Assembly (NCBI RefSeq): GCF_000143415.4
Contig: NW_003314314.1
Span: forward strand, 687,771 to 751,770
Direction: 5' to 3'
Origin: Selaginella moellendorffii
Taxonomy: Eukaryota > Plantae > Lycopodiophyta
Length of the DNA stretch: 64,000 bases
Positions 63,648 to 64,000 of this stretch are shown one piece after another (the first letter of the stretch is position 1; each line of letters begins with the position of its first letter). The notes beneath the pieces were generated by a model. It made no database searches. It had not been told where the DNA came from and was given only the letters and a program-made list of their open reading frames with translations. The translations under genes were made by a program, and so were the position numbers.

Positions 63648-64000
63648 ATGGCGCTGGCGGGGATCGCCGCGGCGGGAGCTATGGCAGCCGGGGGAGTGGC
63701 GCTGTGGAAATTCCGGCCCAAGGATCCCATCTTCGAGGTAACCTCGATCGAATTCAAGGGATTCCAGATGCGCTTCTGCACGGATTCGCCGATGCTCATG
63801 GCGGTGATCGATGTGGAGCTGGTGCTGAGCATCAGCGTCACCAATCCCAACGTCGCGCCGATTGAGTACACGAGCACTACCATGGACATCTTCTACCACG
63901 ACACACTTCTAGGGCAAGCCAAGGTGAGTTCTACTATACTTTCTATAGCTTTCTTCGTTCTTCCAAAAGAATGTCAAGGCGTGCTAGATCTTTTTTTTTT
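63648..64000 (+). CDS. LEA_2 (NDR1/HIN1-like) protein, first exon (63648-63923); gene runs off the window
   Basis: Hydrophobic N-terminus, RPKDPIFEV, VTNPNVAPIEY..IFY..LLG, followed by a GTGAG donor. Confidence 0.85.
   Translation, partial: MALAGIAAAGAMAAGGVALWKFRPKDPIFEVTSIEFKGFQMRFCTDSPMLMAVIDVELVLSISVTNPNVAPIEYTSTTMDIFYHDTLLGQAKVSSTILSIAFFVLPKECQGVLDLFF

Overview
Eukaryotic plant nuclear DNA. The ~50-nt introns, compact gene spacing and PLS-class PPR gene suggest a lycophyte such as Selaginella (inference). The first ~24 kb is a nested transposon block. A ~1.8-kb LTR-like repeat (A) contains a sister solo LTR (B, 5-bp TSD TGTAA). LTR B is split by a 12,837-bp DNA transposon (2911-15747) with perfect 24-bp TIRs and a 4-bp TSD (TCCT). 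This element is the best candidate for an undescribed system. It encodes a decayed Sola1-like DDD transposase (- strand) and, divergently, a large multi-exon cargo gene: ParB-like domain, degenerate beta-class N6A/N4C DNA-methyltransferase-like fold, acidic tract and FCP1/NIF-type HAD phosphatase domain. It is studded with ~26 copies of a 22-bp palindrome (ATGGCRTGWGGCCWCAYGCCAT) that I saw nowhere outside it; several sit one per intron. A decayed Ty3/Gypsy element follows, carrying a Cassandra-type TRIM with 5S-rRNA-derived LTR cores. Next is a gene island: HSPA12-like pseudogene, mitoribosomal L43, secreted acidic protein, alpha-expansin, DCAF13/Sof1 and a PPR gene. After it come a nearly intact hAT element (8-bp TSD) and a segmental duplication carrying a B-lectin-like gene with strongly nonsynonymous divergence plus an EF-hand mitochondrial carrier (deleted in one copy). 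The window ends with TIR1/AFB, PLGG1 and the start of a LEA_2 gene. All calls come from reading motifs by eye; no database searches were run.
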